Source: a bacterium
GTDB lineage: Bacteria; Krumholzibacteriota; Krumholzibacteriia; G020349025
Length of the DNA: 59,164 nt
Direction of reading: 5' to 3'
Assembly (NCBI GenBank): GCA_031362565.1
Contig: JANLSU010000020.1
Coordinates: 1-59,164, forward strand
Shown piece by piece: positions 39,077-48,201 of this stretch; positions within the stretch are counted from its first letter, which is position 1, and every line of letters starts with the position of its first letter. The notes beneath the pieces are model-generated. The model saw only the letters and a program-made list of their open reading frames with translations. It did no database searches and was not told where the DNA came from. The translations under genes and the position numbers were made by a program.

Positions 39077-40207
39077 ATGCGCTTGGGCAAGCTCGAGATC
39101 GAACCGTTATACTCAATGCTCGCGTTCGTGCCGGTCGCGGCCGGGCTCGAACTCGCGCATGCGAGTCCCCCGTGGGTTTTCGCCGCGTCGGCGCTAGCCA
39201 TCATTCCGCTCGCCGGCCTCATGGGGCGCGCCACCGAGAACCTGACCGAGCACGTCGGGCCCGGTGTCGGCGGCCTCCTGAATGCGTCCTTCGGCAACGC
39301 CGCCGAACTCATCATCGCGCTCATGGCGCTACAGCGCGGCCTGTATGACGTCGTAAAGGCGTCGATCACCGGGTCCATCATCGGCAACGTGCTGCTCGTG
39401 CTAGGCCTCTCGATCCTGGCGGGCGGCTTGAAGCACGAACGCCTGCGCTTCAACGCCACGGCTGCAAGTACCGGTGCGACGCTGTTGGCGCTTTCCGCCA
39501 TCGGTCTCGTGGTGCCGGCGATCTTTCACCAGATCGTGCAGACCCACCCGAGCACCCACGAGCACGACTTGAGCCTCGAGATCGCAATCGTGCTGTTCGC
39601 GACCTACTTGTTGAGCCTGTTGTTCTCGCTGCGGACACACAAGCACCTGTACGCCGGGCAGCCGACCGGCGGCGATTCCGCCGTTGCGGCCGGCGCGCAT
39701 GGCGGGCATGCGGCACATGGCAAGCATGGCGGCGGGCACGGGGCCGGCTGGAGCGTGCGGACATCCATCCTCGTGCTCTTGGGAGCCACGATCTTCGTGG
39801 CCTGGATGAGCGAGCTTCTGGTCGGCTCGGTCGAGCACACCGCGGAAGCGCTCGGCATGACCAAGGTCTTCGTAGGCGTTATTCTGGTGGCGATCATCGG
39901 CAATGCCGCCGAGCACAGCACGGCAATTCTCGTCGCCCGCAAGAATCAAATGGATTTGGCGCTCAACATCGCAGTGGGTTCGAGCATTCAGGTCGCGCTC
40001 TTCGTGGCGCCGGTGCTGGTCTTCGTGAGCCACGCGATCGGCCGGCCCATGGACTTGGTGTTCACGACGTTCGAGGTGCTCGCCGTCGGCGCCTCCGTCG
40101 CCGTCCTCAGCCTCGTCTCGACCGACGGCGAATCCAACTGGCTCGAAGGCGCTCAACTCCTCGCCGTCTACGTCATCCTGGCGCTGGCGTTTTTCTTCCT
40201 GCCGTGA
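39077..40207 (+). CDS. cax: Ca2+/H+ exchanger (CAX/ChaA family)
   Basis: Two GNAAE alpha-repeat motifs, [21 protein letters not shown]. Confidence 0.95.
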   Translation: MRLGKLEIEPLYSMLAFVPVAAGLELAHASPPWVFAASALAIIPLAGLMGRATENLTEHVGPGVGGLLNASFGNAAELIIALMALQRGLYDVVKASITGSIIGNVLLVLGLSILAGGLKHERLRFNATAASTGATLLALSAIGLVVPAIFHQIVQTHPSTHEHDLSLEIAIVLFATYLLSLLFSLRTHKHLYAGQPTGGDSAVAAGAHGGHAAHGKHGGGHGAGWSVRTSILVLLGATIFVAWMSELLVGSVEHTAEALGMTKVFVGVILVAIIGNAAEHSTAILVARKNQMDLALNIAVGSSIQVALFVAPVLVFVSHAIGRPMDLVFTTFEVLAVGASVAVLSLVSTDGESNWLEGAQLLAVYVILALAFFFLP

Positions 40208-40233
40208 AGCGGTGGGAGAATGCGCGCCGGACC

Positions 40234-42717
40234 TTAGTCGGGAGTTCCCACGAGCACGAGCGGTGCCCAGTACTCGGGACTTGCGAAGGGTTGGCGGCCT
40301 TGGGCATCGCGGTAGCCTCGAACCGCGAGCCGCGCGTTCCGCAGCGCGGTCGCGGCGTCCACCGGCGCACCGCCTGGCGCCAGCAGAGTCCCGTAGAACC
40401 GATCCAAGAGCAATGACGTTGCGCGATCGTCTATTGCGAAGAGACTGACCAGAGTGCTTCGCGCGCCCGCTTCCAGAAAGGCTTGTCCAATCGACAAATA
40501 CCCATCGGTTTGCGAGCGCGATCCGCTGAAGCCATAACAAGCGGCGAGGCTCACCAATCGGGCATTCAGGTGCCATTGCGCCCCAATCTCCGCCGCGGAC
40601 AACCGGCCATCGCGCGCGACCGGGGCGTTCCAAGTCACGGCGTTGTGGGGTTCGGGGCTGGCATCGGCCAGTAGGATTGCGTTGTTGCGATCCCAGTTGG
40701 ACGGACTGCCATGCACCGCGAAGTGCACGAAGTCATAGCCTCGCAGGCGGCCGCTTTCGCGCAACGAGTCGAGTGCGGCTTCGGAGGCTCGGGCATCGGT
40801 CAAGAGGTCGGCGTGCTGCAAAAGCGCTGCAATGGCGTGAATTTCATGCGTCGCACCAGGCAATGAATCGAGCGCTCGCATTGCATCGTTCGAGCCAAAG
40901 GCGGCGGGGGTGCCGACGATCAACCCGCTCCAGCGGCGCACCGCTCTCGCTCTTGGTTGTTGCTCACGCGCGGCGGTATACAGCAACGCTGACGGGAAAT
41001 ACTCCGTCTCGAACCGGTCCAGGAGTTGCTTTCCGGAGCCATCGACCCACGTCTCGAGGCACGTCGCTTCACCGACGGTGGGGGACAGAATCACCAACCG
41101 GCGGATGCCGGTCAATAGTGTCTCCACCGGCGCCAGGCGCAGGCGGTAGAGTTCCCGTCCAAGGCGTGCGAGTTCGTTCGGATCGTGTCCCTCGAGCGGC
41201 CATCCCGTTGCAACCTTCATCGCCATCGGCAGCCGGCGCAAACTCGCGGACAACGACAACCCACTTCCATCCGGCGCTGCATCCACGCGCACAAATACGG
41301 GCCGGCCGGTCTTCCGGAGAAGCACACACCAAGAGGGAAAATCGAAAGTCGTCGCGTAGCGGACGTCGACCCATGACAGAAAAGCCGCCGAATCCGGTAG
41401 TGCGCGCTGCGCGCGCCCGAGAAGGTCCTGCCAGGCATCCGTGGTGGAGCCGGCATCACCGCGCGCCAGCGCGGCCTCGACAAGAAGAGGGTTCGCGGCA
41501 CGGTCGAGTTCGACCCACGCCTCGTCGATCCGGCCTTGCAGCACCAGGACGATTGCCAGGTCGCGGTGGGACGCAACAGAGAACTTGCCGGCGCGCCCAC
41601 GGCCTGGAAGTGCGGCGCGGCGCCGCTTTTCTTGTACATCGACGGCTTCACGTAAAAGGGGTTCCGCCGCTGTGAGCCGACCAAGTTTGTAGAGCGCCAC
41701 TCCTTCTTGCGCGAGCGCGAGGCACAGAACTTCGTCCGGCGGTCCTCCTATCATCCGCCGTATTTCGAGTCCCCGCCGTAAATCGCGCTCTGCATCGTGC
41801 CACTCGCCACGAATCCCGAGAGTTAATCCGCGGTCCACCAAGGCCTCTGCCACGCCGCCGGAGTGTTCGCCCTCGATCCGCGTGCGCATCGCGACAACGC
41901 GATCGAAATCCTGCAATGCCCGGTCCAATTGGACGGCGCGGCGGTAGATGTTGGCGCGCAGCAAGAGCGATTCGGTACAAGGGCCGGAATCCGCCCCGAA
42001 GCACTCGACGCGGATTGCGAGCGCCTTGGCGCAGATCGCCAGGATGGAGTCGGCGCTACCGTTCGCGCCACGAAGGTCGAGAGCCATTTGGTGCAGGCTC
42101 TCGGCCACATCCGGATGGTGTTCGCCCAACGCCTCGGTACGAATTGCGAGAGCCTGCGAGTCGAGTTCGTGGGCACGCTCGACGTAGGCCTGCTTTTCAT
42201 AGAAACGTGCGAGCCGGCTCACGCTGCTCGCGAACTCCGGGTGCTGTGCGCCGAGCCACTGTTCGCACAGCGATCGCCGTTGCTCGAGTCCCCGGAGTGC
42301 CGCCGGGGCGTCGGTTTGCGAAACGCTGTCGGCGACGGCGAGAAACCGCTCCGACGCCGCCCACTGGGCGCGACTTTCGGCAGGTAGAACTTGCAGTCGT
42401 TGAAGGGTGTTGCACTCGCGCCCGGCATCGTGAACGCGCCAGGCTGGCGCACTACAGCGGTCCAGCGCGGCCTCCAGTTCGCGCGCTCGGGCCAGCCCCG
42501 CTTCGAACTGCCCATGCCGGCGCAGGCGAGCGATGTCGCGTTCCAGTGCAGCCACGCTTTGTGCGCAAGGCAGGGTCGCTGGATTCTGTCCACAGGCAGG
42601 CAGCAGAAACATGGCGGCTGCGATCCACGCCCGGCAGCTTCCTGCCACGCACATTCGAAGGTGCCGCTGTACCCGGGGTGGCGTCCAAAATGCGCTTTGG
42701 GCCGCGATGAGTCTCAC
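40234..42717 (-). CDS. TPR-CHAT caspase-like protease with possible export/lipoprotein signal
   Basis: Kinesin-light-chain-like TPRs (ALAIRTEALGEHHPDVAESL); CHAT dyad HFAVHG and LAAC; terminal WAPLVLVG; hydrophobic stretch ending LLPAC. Confidence 0.9.
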   Translation of the reverse strand: MRLIAAQSAFWTPPRVQRHLRMCVAGSCRAWIAAAMFLLPACGQNPATLPCAQSVAALERDIARLRRHGQFEAGLARARELEAALDRCSAPAWRVHDAGRECNTLQRLQVLPAESRAQWAASERFLAVADSVSQTDAPAALRGLEQRRSLCEQWLGAQHPEFASSVSRLARFYEKQAYVERAHELDSQALAIRTEALGEHHPDVAESLHQMALDLRGANGSADSILAICAKALAIRVECFGADSGPCTESLLLRANIYRRAVQLDRALQDFDRVVAMRTRIEGEHSGGVAEALVDRGLTLGIRGEWHDAERDLRRGLEIRRMIGGPPDEVLCLALAQEGVALYKLGRLTAAEPLLREAVDVQEKRRRAALPGRGRAGKFSVASHRDLAIVLVLQGRIDEAWVELDRAANPLLVEAALARGDAGSTTDAWQDLLGRAQRALPDSAAFLSWVDVRYATTFDFPSWCVLLRKTGRPVFVRVDAAPDGSGLSLSASLRRLPMAMKVATGWPLEGHDPNELARLGRELYRLRLAPVETLLTGIRRLVILSPTVGEATCLETWVDGSGKQLLDRFETEYFPSALLYTAAREQQPRARAVRRWSGLIVGTPAAFGSNDAMRALDSLPGATHEIHAIAALLQHADLLTDARASEAALDSLRESGRLRGYDFVHFAVHGSPSNWDRNNAILLADASPEPHNAVTWNAPVARDGRLSAAEIGAQWHLNARLVSLAACYGFSGSRSQTDGYLSIGQAFLEAGARSTLVSLFAIDDRATSLLLDRFYGTLLAPGGAPVDAATALRNARLAVRGYRDAQGRQPFASPEYWAPLVLVGTPD

Positions 42718-43466
42718 CGCGACGGCACCACGTGAAGCGCCGCGCGGGCGCGCGCTGCCACTTCGCCGTCCTCGGCCGCCAAGACATGCAGGAGCGAGTC
42801 ACGCGCCGCGCCATTTCCCGCTATCGCGAAGGCGCGTGCCAGATTCCAGCGCGATTCGCTCTTCCACGGTTCTGGGATCAGTTCGGAGTTCGCCGTTTGC
42901 AGGATTCGGCAGGCGCCCGGAGCGTCGTTCAGTTCCAATAGCGCACTCCCAAGGTAGACGCGTCGCACCAACTCCATCGATTCGCTCGTCGGCTTCGAAA
43001 GCAGCGCGCGCGCCAGCGCGAAATCACCGCGATCGTACGCCTCCAGGCCTTGAACAACGGCGGAATCAGCCGTGGTGGCCAGGAGCCCTCGCGATGCACC
43101 GCGCAATTTCGGCGCCGGAAGAACCATTGCCGGCGCCAATGGTCGTTGCTCCGGCGGCCGGTTGGAGCGCGGCAATTCGATCGCGACCACCAGGATCGCG
43201 GCGGCGGCGGCGCCCCATGCCCACCTTGGAAGGCGCCGAACGTGGATCGGCGGCCGGGCGACTGGAGCGATCACGGCCGATTCGCCGGCGGCGACAGCGC
43301 GGGCCCGCGCATTCGAGGCGGCGGTGCTTCTGAATTCCGCCTCGCATTCGAGGCAGGTCTTCGCGTGCTCAAGGGCTCTTCGTTGCACCGCGGGATCGAG
43401 GAGTCCGTGTACGAAGTCCAACCAAGTATCCAGGTCGACGTGGTTCCCTTGGCTGCTGGCATTCAT
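42714..43466 (-). CDS. Zinc-finger (ZAS/zf-HC2) anti-sigma factor with TM helix and C-terminal TPR-like region
   Basis: HAKTCLEC (HxxxCxxC); TM WAWGAAAAAILVVAI; ATG overlaps the sigma stop (ATGA) and its stop overlaps the CHAT start (GTGA). Confidence 0.85.
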   Translation of the reverse strand: MNASSQGNHVDLDTWLDFVHGLLDPAVQRRALEHAKTCLECEAEFRSTAASNARARAVAAGESAVIAPVARPPIHVRRLPRWAWGAAAAAILVVAIELPRSNRPPEQRPLAPAMVLPAPKLRGASRGLLATTADSAVVQGLEAYDRGDFALARALLSKPTSESMELVRRVYLGSALLELNDAPGACRILQTANSELIPEPWKSESRWNLARAFAIAGNGAARDSLLHVLAAEDGEVAARARAALHVVPSR

Positions 43467-44236
43467 TTTATTTCCACCTCCGGCGCAAGCGGGTCGCCCG
43501 CAGCTTCGGCGAGCGACTGTAAACACTCCCACAGATGCGCGAATGCGCCTCCCGGAAGGTCTTGGGGTTCGAACCCCTTCAATTGCATGCAGGAGCGGAT
43601 GGAATCTCGCGCCCGTTGCAGGATGACATCGACGTGAGGTGCCTGCAGCACGACCTGTGGATGCAGCGCAATGTCGCGCGTCGTCATGTCATAGAAGACG
43701 CGGTAGAACCACACCCGCCGCGCACGCGGCTGCAAGCTCGCCACGCATTCACGCAAGCCCGCCAGAAACTCGCGCGCCATCGCGGGCTCGTCGGCGCCGG
43801 CCGCCGCCTTGTCCTGCATGCCTGTACGGCTCTCGACCACTTCTTCCGGCAGGTCGTCGTCCGAAACCATTCGCGCCGCCCGCTTCCCGTGATCCGCCAG
43901 GGCATTCCGGACGACGGCCGCCAAGTAGCCGACGAACTCCGCCGTCGAGCGCCCTTCGAGGACCCACTCTCCTTGTTCTGCACGCAGGATCAGTTCTAAC
44001 GCTTTGGCCGAGGCCAAATCTTCGAGATCGTCCACACACACGCCGGTCGCCAGGCGCGAACCGCGTAGCAGGCGCACCATCGCATCGCGCAGCGCCACCC
44101 AGACTTCGCCACGCCAAGCCGGCATCGCCGCCGTGGACGCCGCGGATCGATCGGCGCGCCGGACCGCGGCAAGCCGGAGGCACAGTCCCAGCACGTGCGC
44201 CGGCCACTTGGCATCGGCGCGGATCGGAGTGGTCAT
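43463..44236 (-). CDS. ECF-type sigma-70 factor (divergent)
   Basis: Region 2 (DDLEDLA...FVGYLAAVVRNALADHGKR) and region 4 (CVASLQPRARRV...TTRDIA...LQRARDSIRSCM). Confidence 0.85.
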   Translation of the reverse strand: MTTPIRADAKWPAHVLGLCLRLAAVRRADRSAASTAAMPAWRGEVWVALRDAMVRLLRGSRLATGVCVDDLEDLASAKALELILRAEQGEWVLEGRSTAEFVGYLAAVVRNALADHGKRAARMVSDDDLPEEVVESRTGMQDKAAAGADEPAMAREFLAGLRECVASLQPRARRVWFYRVFYDMTTRDIALHPQVVLQAPHVDVILQRARDSIRSCMQLKGFEPQDLPGGAFAHLWECLQSLAEAAGDPLAPEVEIK

Positions 44237-44407
44237 CCGTAAATGGTACCAAGCCCGGCTGGGGGCGCGAAACCTCCCGGGGTCCTTTCGTCGCGGCGGG
44301 CAGCGCAGAAAATCGCCGTCGCGGCGTTAGATCGCCGGCGCCCGGGAGTCTATTCAAGCAGGAGTGGCTCGGGAGGTCCGGCCGCTGGCTCCACAGGGAG
44401 AGAGACC

Positions 44408-45409
44408 ATGCATATTGCGCACGGAATTGCGTTCGCCTTGGTGGCGCTTGCCGTGTCGCCGGCACACCCGGCGCAAGGATTCTTCGACACCTACTCGGCC
44501 GGCGGCAAGGTGTATCAGGCGTTTTTGAGTGCCGGTGCGGTCGTGAATCCGAGCCCAGATTGCGTGCCGCATGGTTCGGGACGCGCCGTGTTCAGGCTGA
44601 AGGCTTCGACAAAGGTGTTGTACGGCACCATGAATGCGAGCGATTTTGCGATATCTCCCAAGGTGTATGGCCCGGCGTTATCGGGCTCGAACGGGCCGCT
44701 GTTGTTCGCGTTTCCGGTCTCCGGCGGCGTGCCTCAACCGGTCGTGTTTGGACCCTTGACGCCGGCCCAGGAAGCCGACCTCGATGCCGGAAAGTGGTAT
44801 GTAGAAGCCCATGACTGTCCGCCGGGCTATGTCGATCCTTCGGCGCGCGGTCAGATTCAACGCGACGACCCTGGGCAATGCGCGAGCGTTTCCGCAGTGA
44901 ATTGCACTGTCGCCCGGGTCGGTGCGGCGAACCTGCCGGTCACGGTGGCGCCCTACGGCTCTGGGGGTGGCGGCAACTCGATCGACGTCTGGGTGCGCGA
45001 CGCGAGTGGGAACCCCCTGGTCAACCTGGCGCGCGATTCGATTCGCGCCGTCGACCCAAGCATCGCGTCCTGCGCGATCGGCTACACGGCAACCGAACCA
45101 ACCGATGACCACGGGCATACGTACATCAGCGCCGTGTCGGGATTCGGATGCTCGACCCAGTTGACCGTCATGGTCGGCGGCACGTCGATCGGCAGCGTGA
45201 CGGTGCCGGCCCGTGGGCCGGACATCCCACCCGCCTCGCCGGGCGTGATCGCCGCCAACGACGCGCTGCTCCTCATTTGGAACCAAAGTCCGGCGCCGTA
45301 TTACCCCTGCGCGGATTTGAACGGCGACGGCATCGTCAACGCAGTCGATCTTTCAGCGTGGGCGACAAGCAACGGTTCTCCCTATGTCTGTCTTCCAACG
45401 GCCCAGTGA
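44408..45409 (+). CDS. Secreted protein: CHRD-like domain, Ig-like region, C-terminal dockerin/EF-hand-like motif
   Basis: ATG after GGGAGAG; signal peptide; GSGRAVF...LTPAQEADLDAGKWYVEAH...RGQI; CADLNGDGIVNAVDLSAW. Confidence 0.75.
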   Translation: MHIAHGIAFALVALAVSPAHPAQGFFDTYSAGGKVYQAFLSAGAVVNPSPDCVPHGSGRAVFRLKASTKVLYGTMNASDFAISPKVYGPALSGSNGPLLFAFPVSGGVPQPVVFGPLTPAQEADLDAGKWYVEAHDCPPGYVDPSARGQIQRDDPGQCASVSAVNCTVARVGAANLPVTVAPYGSGGGGNSIDVWVRDASGNPLVNLARDSIRAVDPSIASCAIGYTATEPTDDHGHTYISAVSGFGCSTQLTVMVGGTSIGSVTVPARGPDIPPASPGVIAANDALLLIWNQSPAPYYPCADLNGDGIVNAVDLSAWATSNGSPYVCLPTAQ

Positions 45410-45417
45410 GAGGTGCC

Positions 45418-46617
45418 ATGAAAACCTTCTGGTTCCACCGGCGTTCGTCGGTGCTTTGCGGCATCGCGCTCGTTCTCGCATCCGAGTTGCCGGCGTCAGC
45501 GAACAACGGCGGCATTCGACTCTATTTCGATGCCGCCGCCACTCAGCCCGCCGACGACCTCTTCGACATGGCGCCGTTCGCGACGAAAACCGTCTATGCG
45601 TTCGCGGAACTGGCGGGGGTGACACTGGCGGGGATCGCCGGAACGGAGTTCACCATCCAGGTGAATTCGCCGAACGGTGCTCTCTTCCAGGTCGAGACTC
45701 CCCAGGCCCAGGGTGCGGCGTTGGCGCCGAATTTCGGGATTCTCTTTTCGAGCTGCCAAACCGGCACCGGAGGCAGGGTCCTGCTGACCAAGATCGATCT
45801 TTTAGCGGTATCGAACGTCAAAAATGTATCCGTCACCGTCGAGCAAGCCGATCCCATCGATCCCGCAATCGAGGGCCCGGCGCTCATCCTGTGCGACAAT
45901 CCGGTGTTCACGATGGTGTGGGCCGGAAACACCCCCGCGGGGGCAAACGTTCTGGTTCCAGTGATACCGGACGTCTCGGTCGAGTTCGACCAAGTCGATG
46001 CTGAAGGGCACACCACCGTGTCTTCTGCGCCGTGCACCGGGACATTGCCGGCGAATTTCCAAGTCCCGGCAGGTCAGCTCGCGTGCTACAAAATCGAATC
46101 CAGTGCGACGTTCTCGGGTGCCGTCGAGGTGTGTATGAATTACGACGCCACCGGCATGACGCAAACCCAAGAGGACAACTTGTCGATCATGCACTGTACC
46201 CCGGCGTGCACGCCATTGCCGACGACGTTCCGGGACACCGGCAACAATCGGCTGTGCGCGACGACAACCAGCTTCTCCGAGTTCGCGCTTGCTGTACGCC
46301 TGATCACTTCCTCGAGCGACCCGGCGCCGAGTGTCGCACTCCATCGCCTGCATCCAGCCCGCCCGAATCCGTTCAACCCGACGACCACGATTCGGTTCGA
46401 TCTGAGCACGGACACGCCGGTCCGGCTCGAGGTGTTCGACATCGCGGGGCGGCTGATCCGGCTCCTGGTGGATGCGCCGGACATGGCGGCGGGAACCCAT
46501 GAAGCGATCTGGAACGGACGGGACCGGAACGGCAGGCCGGTCAGCACCGGACTCTATCTGTGCCGCCTGCGTGCCGGAGCGTTCACCGCGTCCGAGCGTC
46601 TGGTTCTCGTCCAATAG
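45418..46617 (+). CDS. Secreted protein with cohesin-like N-domain and FlgD-Ig/T9SS-like CTD
   Basis: ATG after GAGGTG; signal peptide; TTSFSEFAL; PNPFNPTTTIRF...VFDIAGRLIRLL...WNGRDRNGRPVSTGLYLCRL. The cohesin-like call is a weak by-eye inference. Confidence 0.8.
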   Translation: MKTFWFHRRSSVLCGIALVLASELPASANNGGIRLYFDAAATQPADDLFDMAPFATKTVYAFAELAGVTLAGIAGTEFTIQVNSPNGALFQVETPQAQGAALAPNFGILFSSCQTGTGGRVLLTKIDLLAVSNVKNVSVTVEQADPIDPAIEGPALILCDNPVFTMVWAGNTPAGANVLVPVIPDVSVEFDQVDAEGHTTVSSAPCTGTLPANFQVPAGQLACYKIESSATFSGAVEVCMNYDATGMTQTQEDNLSIMHCTPACTPLPTTFRDTGNNRLCATTTSFSEFALAVRLITSSSDPAPSVALHRLHPARPNPFNPTTTIRFDLSTDTPVRLEVFDIAGRLIRLLVDAPDMAAGTHEAIWNGRDRNGRPVSTGLYLCRLRAGAFTASERLVLVQ

Positions 46618-46633
46618 AGGAGCGACGGAGTTC

Positions 46634-47884
46634 TCAGTGCGCGGCTTTGGCGGCCTGGTGGGCGCGGACGATGCTTTGGATTTGCTCGTCGGAGAGGATC
46701 TGGGTGCTTTCTTTGGCGGCGGCCAAGATGCGCTGGACCAGCTCTGGCGATGACTCGATCTTGTGGGTTTCGAGCCAGTAGTTGACGTTCGAGGCGCCGG
46801 ACATGTAGCCGATCTCGACCGTTTGCTTCTCGCCCACCATGTGCGCGGGTACGCCGCTGTACACGGCGTCCGCGAGTTCGCGGTCACCCTTCCGCAGCGC
46901 TTTGATGATGGCGGCGGCATGGACGCCGGTCGCGGTGCGAAAGGCGTCCTGGCCGAAAACGGGGTAGTTGCGCGGGATCTGGGTGCCGGTGGCGGTGGCT
47001 GCGAGATGCACGTACTCGCTCAAATTCTCCAGCGAGCCGTCGTAGAGCCCCTCGAGTTTGAGATTCACCAACAAGAGATCCATCGGCGTGTTGCCGCAGC
47101 GTTCGCCAATGCCGAGGGCGGTGGCGTGAACGCGGTCGACGCCGCTCGCGATCGCCATCATCGTGTTGGGAATGCCGAGGCCGCGGTCCGAATGGCCGTG
47201 CCAGTCGATCTTCACGGCGGGATTCACTTCGTTGACGATGGCGCGAATGTGATGCAGCAGGTTGCGGACACCGATCGGCGTCGCGTGCCCCACGGTGTCG
47301 CAGACGCAGATGCGTTCAGCCCCGGCGTGAATCGCCGTTGTGTAGAGCTGGCGCAACGTCTCGGGGTGGGCGCGCGTCGTGTCCTCAGTCACGTACATCA
47401 CGGGCAAGCCGTTCTTGACGGCACAGGTGACGGCGTCCTCGGTGAGCCGCAGCAGATGGTCGAGCGTCCAGTCCTCGACCAATTGCCGAATCGGCGACGA
47501 GCCGATGAACGTGCAGGCCTCGATCGGCATGCCGGCGCTTTGGCTGATGCGCGCCAGTGCTTCGACGTCCGAGATCACGGTTCGCACGGCGCAGTTGGGG
47601 CGAATCTGCATCTTGTCGCGAACGATTTCCCGCACCAACGCTTCGATGTGTTCGACGGCATGCACGCCAGCGCCGGGCAGGCCGACATCGGCGGCGGCGA
47701 TGCCGAGATCGTTCATGAGGTGCAGCAACCGCACTTTTTCCTCGAGCGATGGGTCCTTCACGGAGGGGCTCTGCAGGCCGTCGCGCAACGTCTCGTCGTT
47801 CAGTTCGAAATCGGCCACGTGGCGAAAACGGAAGTCGTGCAGACGGTTCCAGTCGAAGACCAGGCTCGGGTCGGCGGGACGCAT
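46634..47884 (-). CDS. LeuA-family DRE-TIM synthase (2-isopropylmalate/homocitrate synthase-like) without regulatory domain
   Basis: DETLRDGLQ, DTVG, HGHSDRG, GIGERCGN, GVHAAAI; only 416 aa. Confidence 0.9.
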   Translation of the reverse strand: MRPADPSLVFDWNRLHDFRFRHVADFELNDETLRDGLQSPSVKDPSLEEKVRLLHLMNDLGIAAADVGLPGAGVHAVEHIEALVREIVRDKMQIRPNCAVRTVISDVEALARISQSAGMPIEACTFIGSSPIRQLVEDWTLDHLLRLTEDAVTCAVKNGLPVMYVTEDTTRAHPETLRQLYTTAIHAGAERICVCDTVGHATPIGVRNLLHHIRAIVNEVNPAVKIDWHGHSDRGLGIPNTMMAIASGVDRVHATALGIGERCGNTPMDLLLVNLKLEGLYDGSLENLSEYVHLAATATGTQIPRNYPVFGQDAFRTATGVHAAAIIKALRKGDRELADAVYSGVPAHMVGEKQTVEIGYMSGASNVNYWLETHKIESSPELVQRILAAAKESTQILSDEQIQSIVRAHQAAKAAH

Positions 47885-48056
47885 ACGGCCTCCAAGGCTG
47901 CGAACGAAGTGGGTGCGGCCTCCCCGCGGGCGGTCCGGATCGACCCTGGACGGCGCCGAAATCCCGGTCCCCGGCGCCCCTCGCAGGCCACTTTCGTCAC
48001 GTAAACAGCTTTGCAGGAATAGGTTGCGCTGTCAAGCGCGGCCCAGCCCCGGGCCG

Positions 48057-48085
48057 TTGACAGACTCCGCATCTCTACGTACTAT
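48057..48085 (+). promoter_or_regulatory. Near-consensus sigma-70 promoter with no downstream + strand gene
   Basis: TTGACA (48057-62), 17 bp, TACTAT (48080-85); a second TTGACA on the minus strand (48035-48030) faces the LeuA-family gene. Confidence 0.7.
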
Positions 48086-48090
48086 TCGAG

Positions 48091-48180
48091 GGCTGCAAAG
48101 AAACCAGCCAGAACGATTCTACGTCCGCGTTAACCCTCCGACCTACCTCTTCAGCGCAGGCGCAAGCCTGCGCGCGCTTT
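48091..48180 (+). ncRNA. Candidate ~90-nt small RNA
   Basis: Promoter, 5' stem GGCTG/CAGCC, C/U-rich tract CCCTCCGACCTACCTCTT, terminal hairpin GCGCAGGC-GCAA-GCCTGCGC and a short T run. Confidence 0.5.
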
Positions 48181-48201
48181 CCGGCCAAAATGTAACCGGT
48201 T

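Noticed and set aside
40234..44236. Type III-E CRISPR Craspase locus
   Set aside because: No Cas7-11, csx30/31 or array in the window; the comparison is an analogy only.
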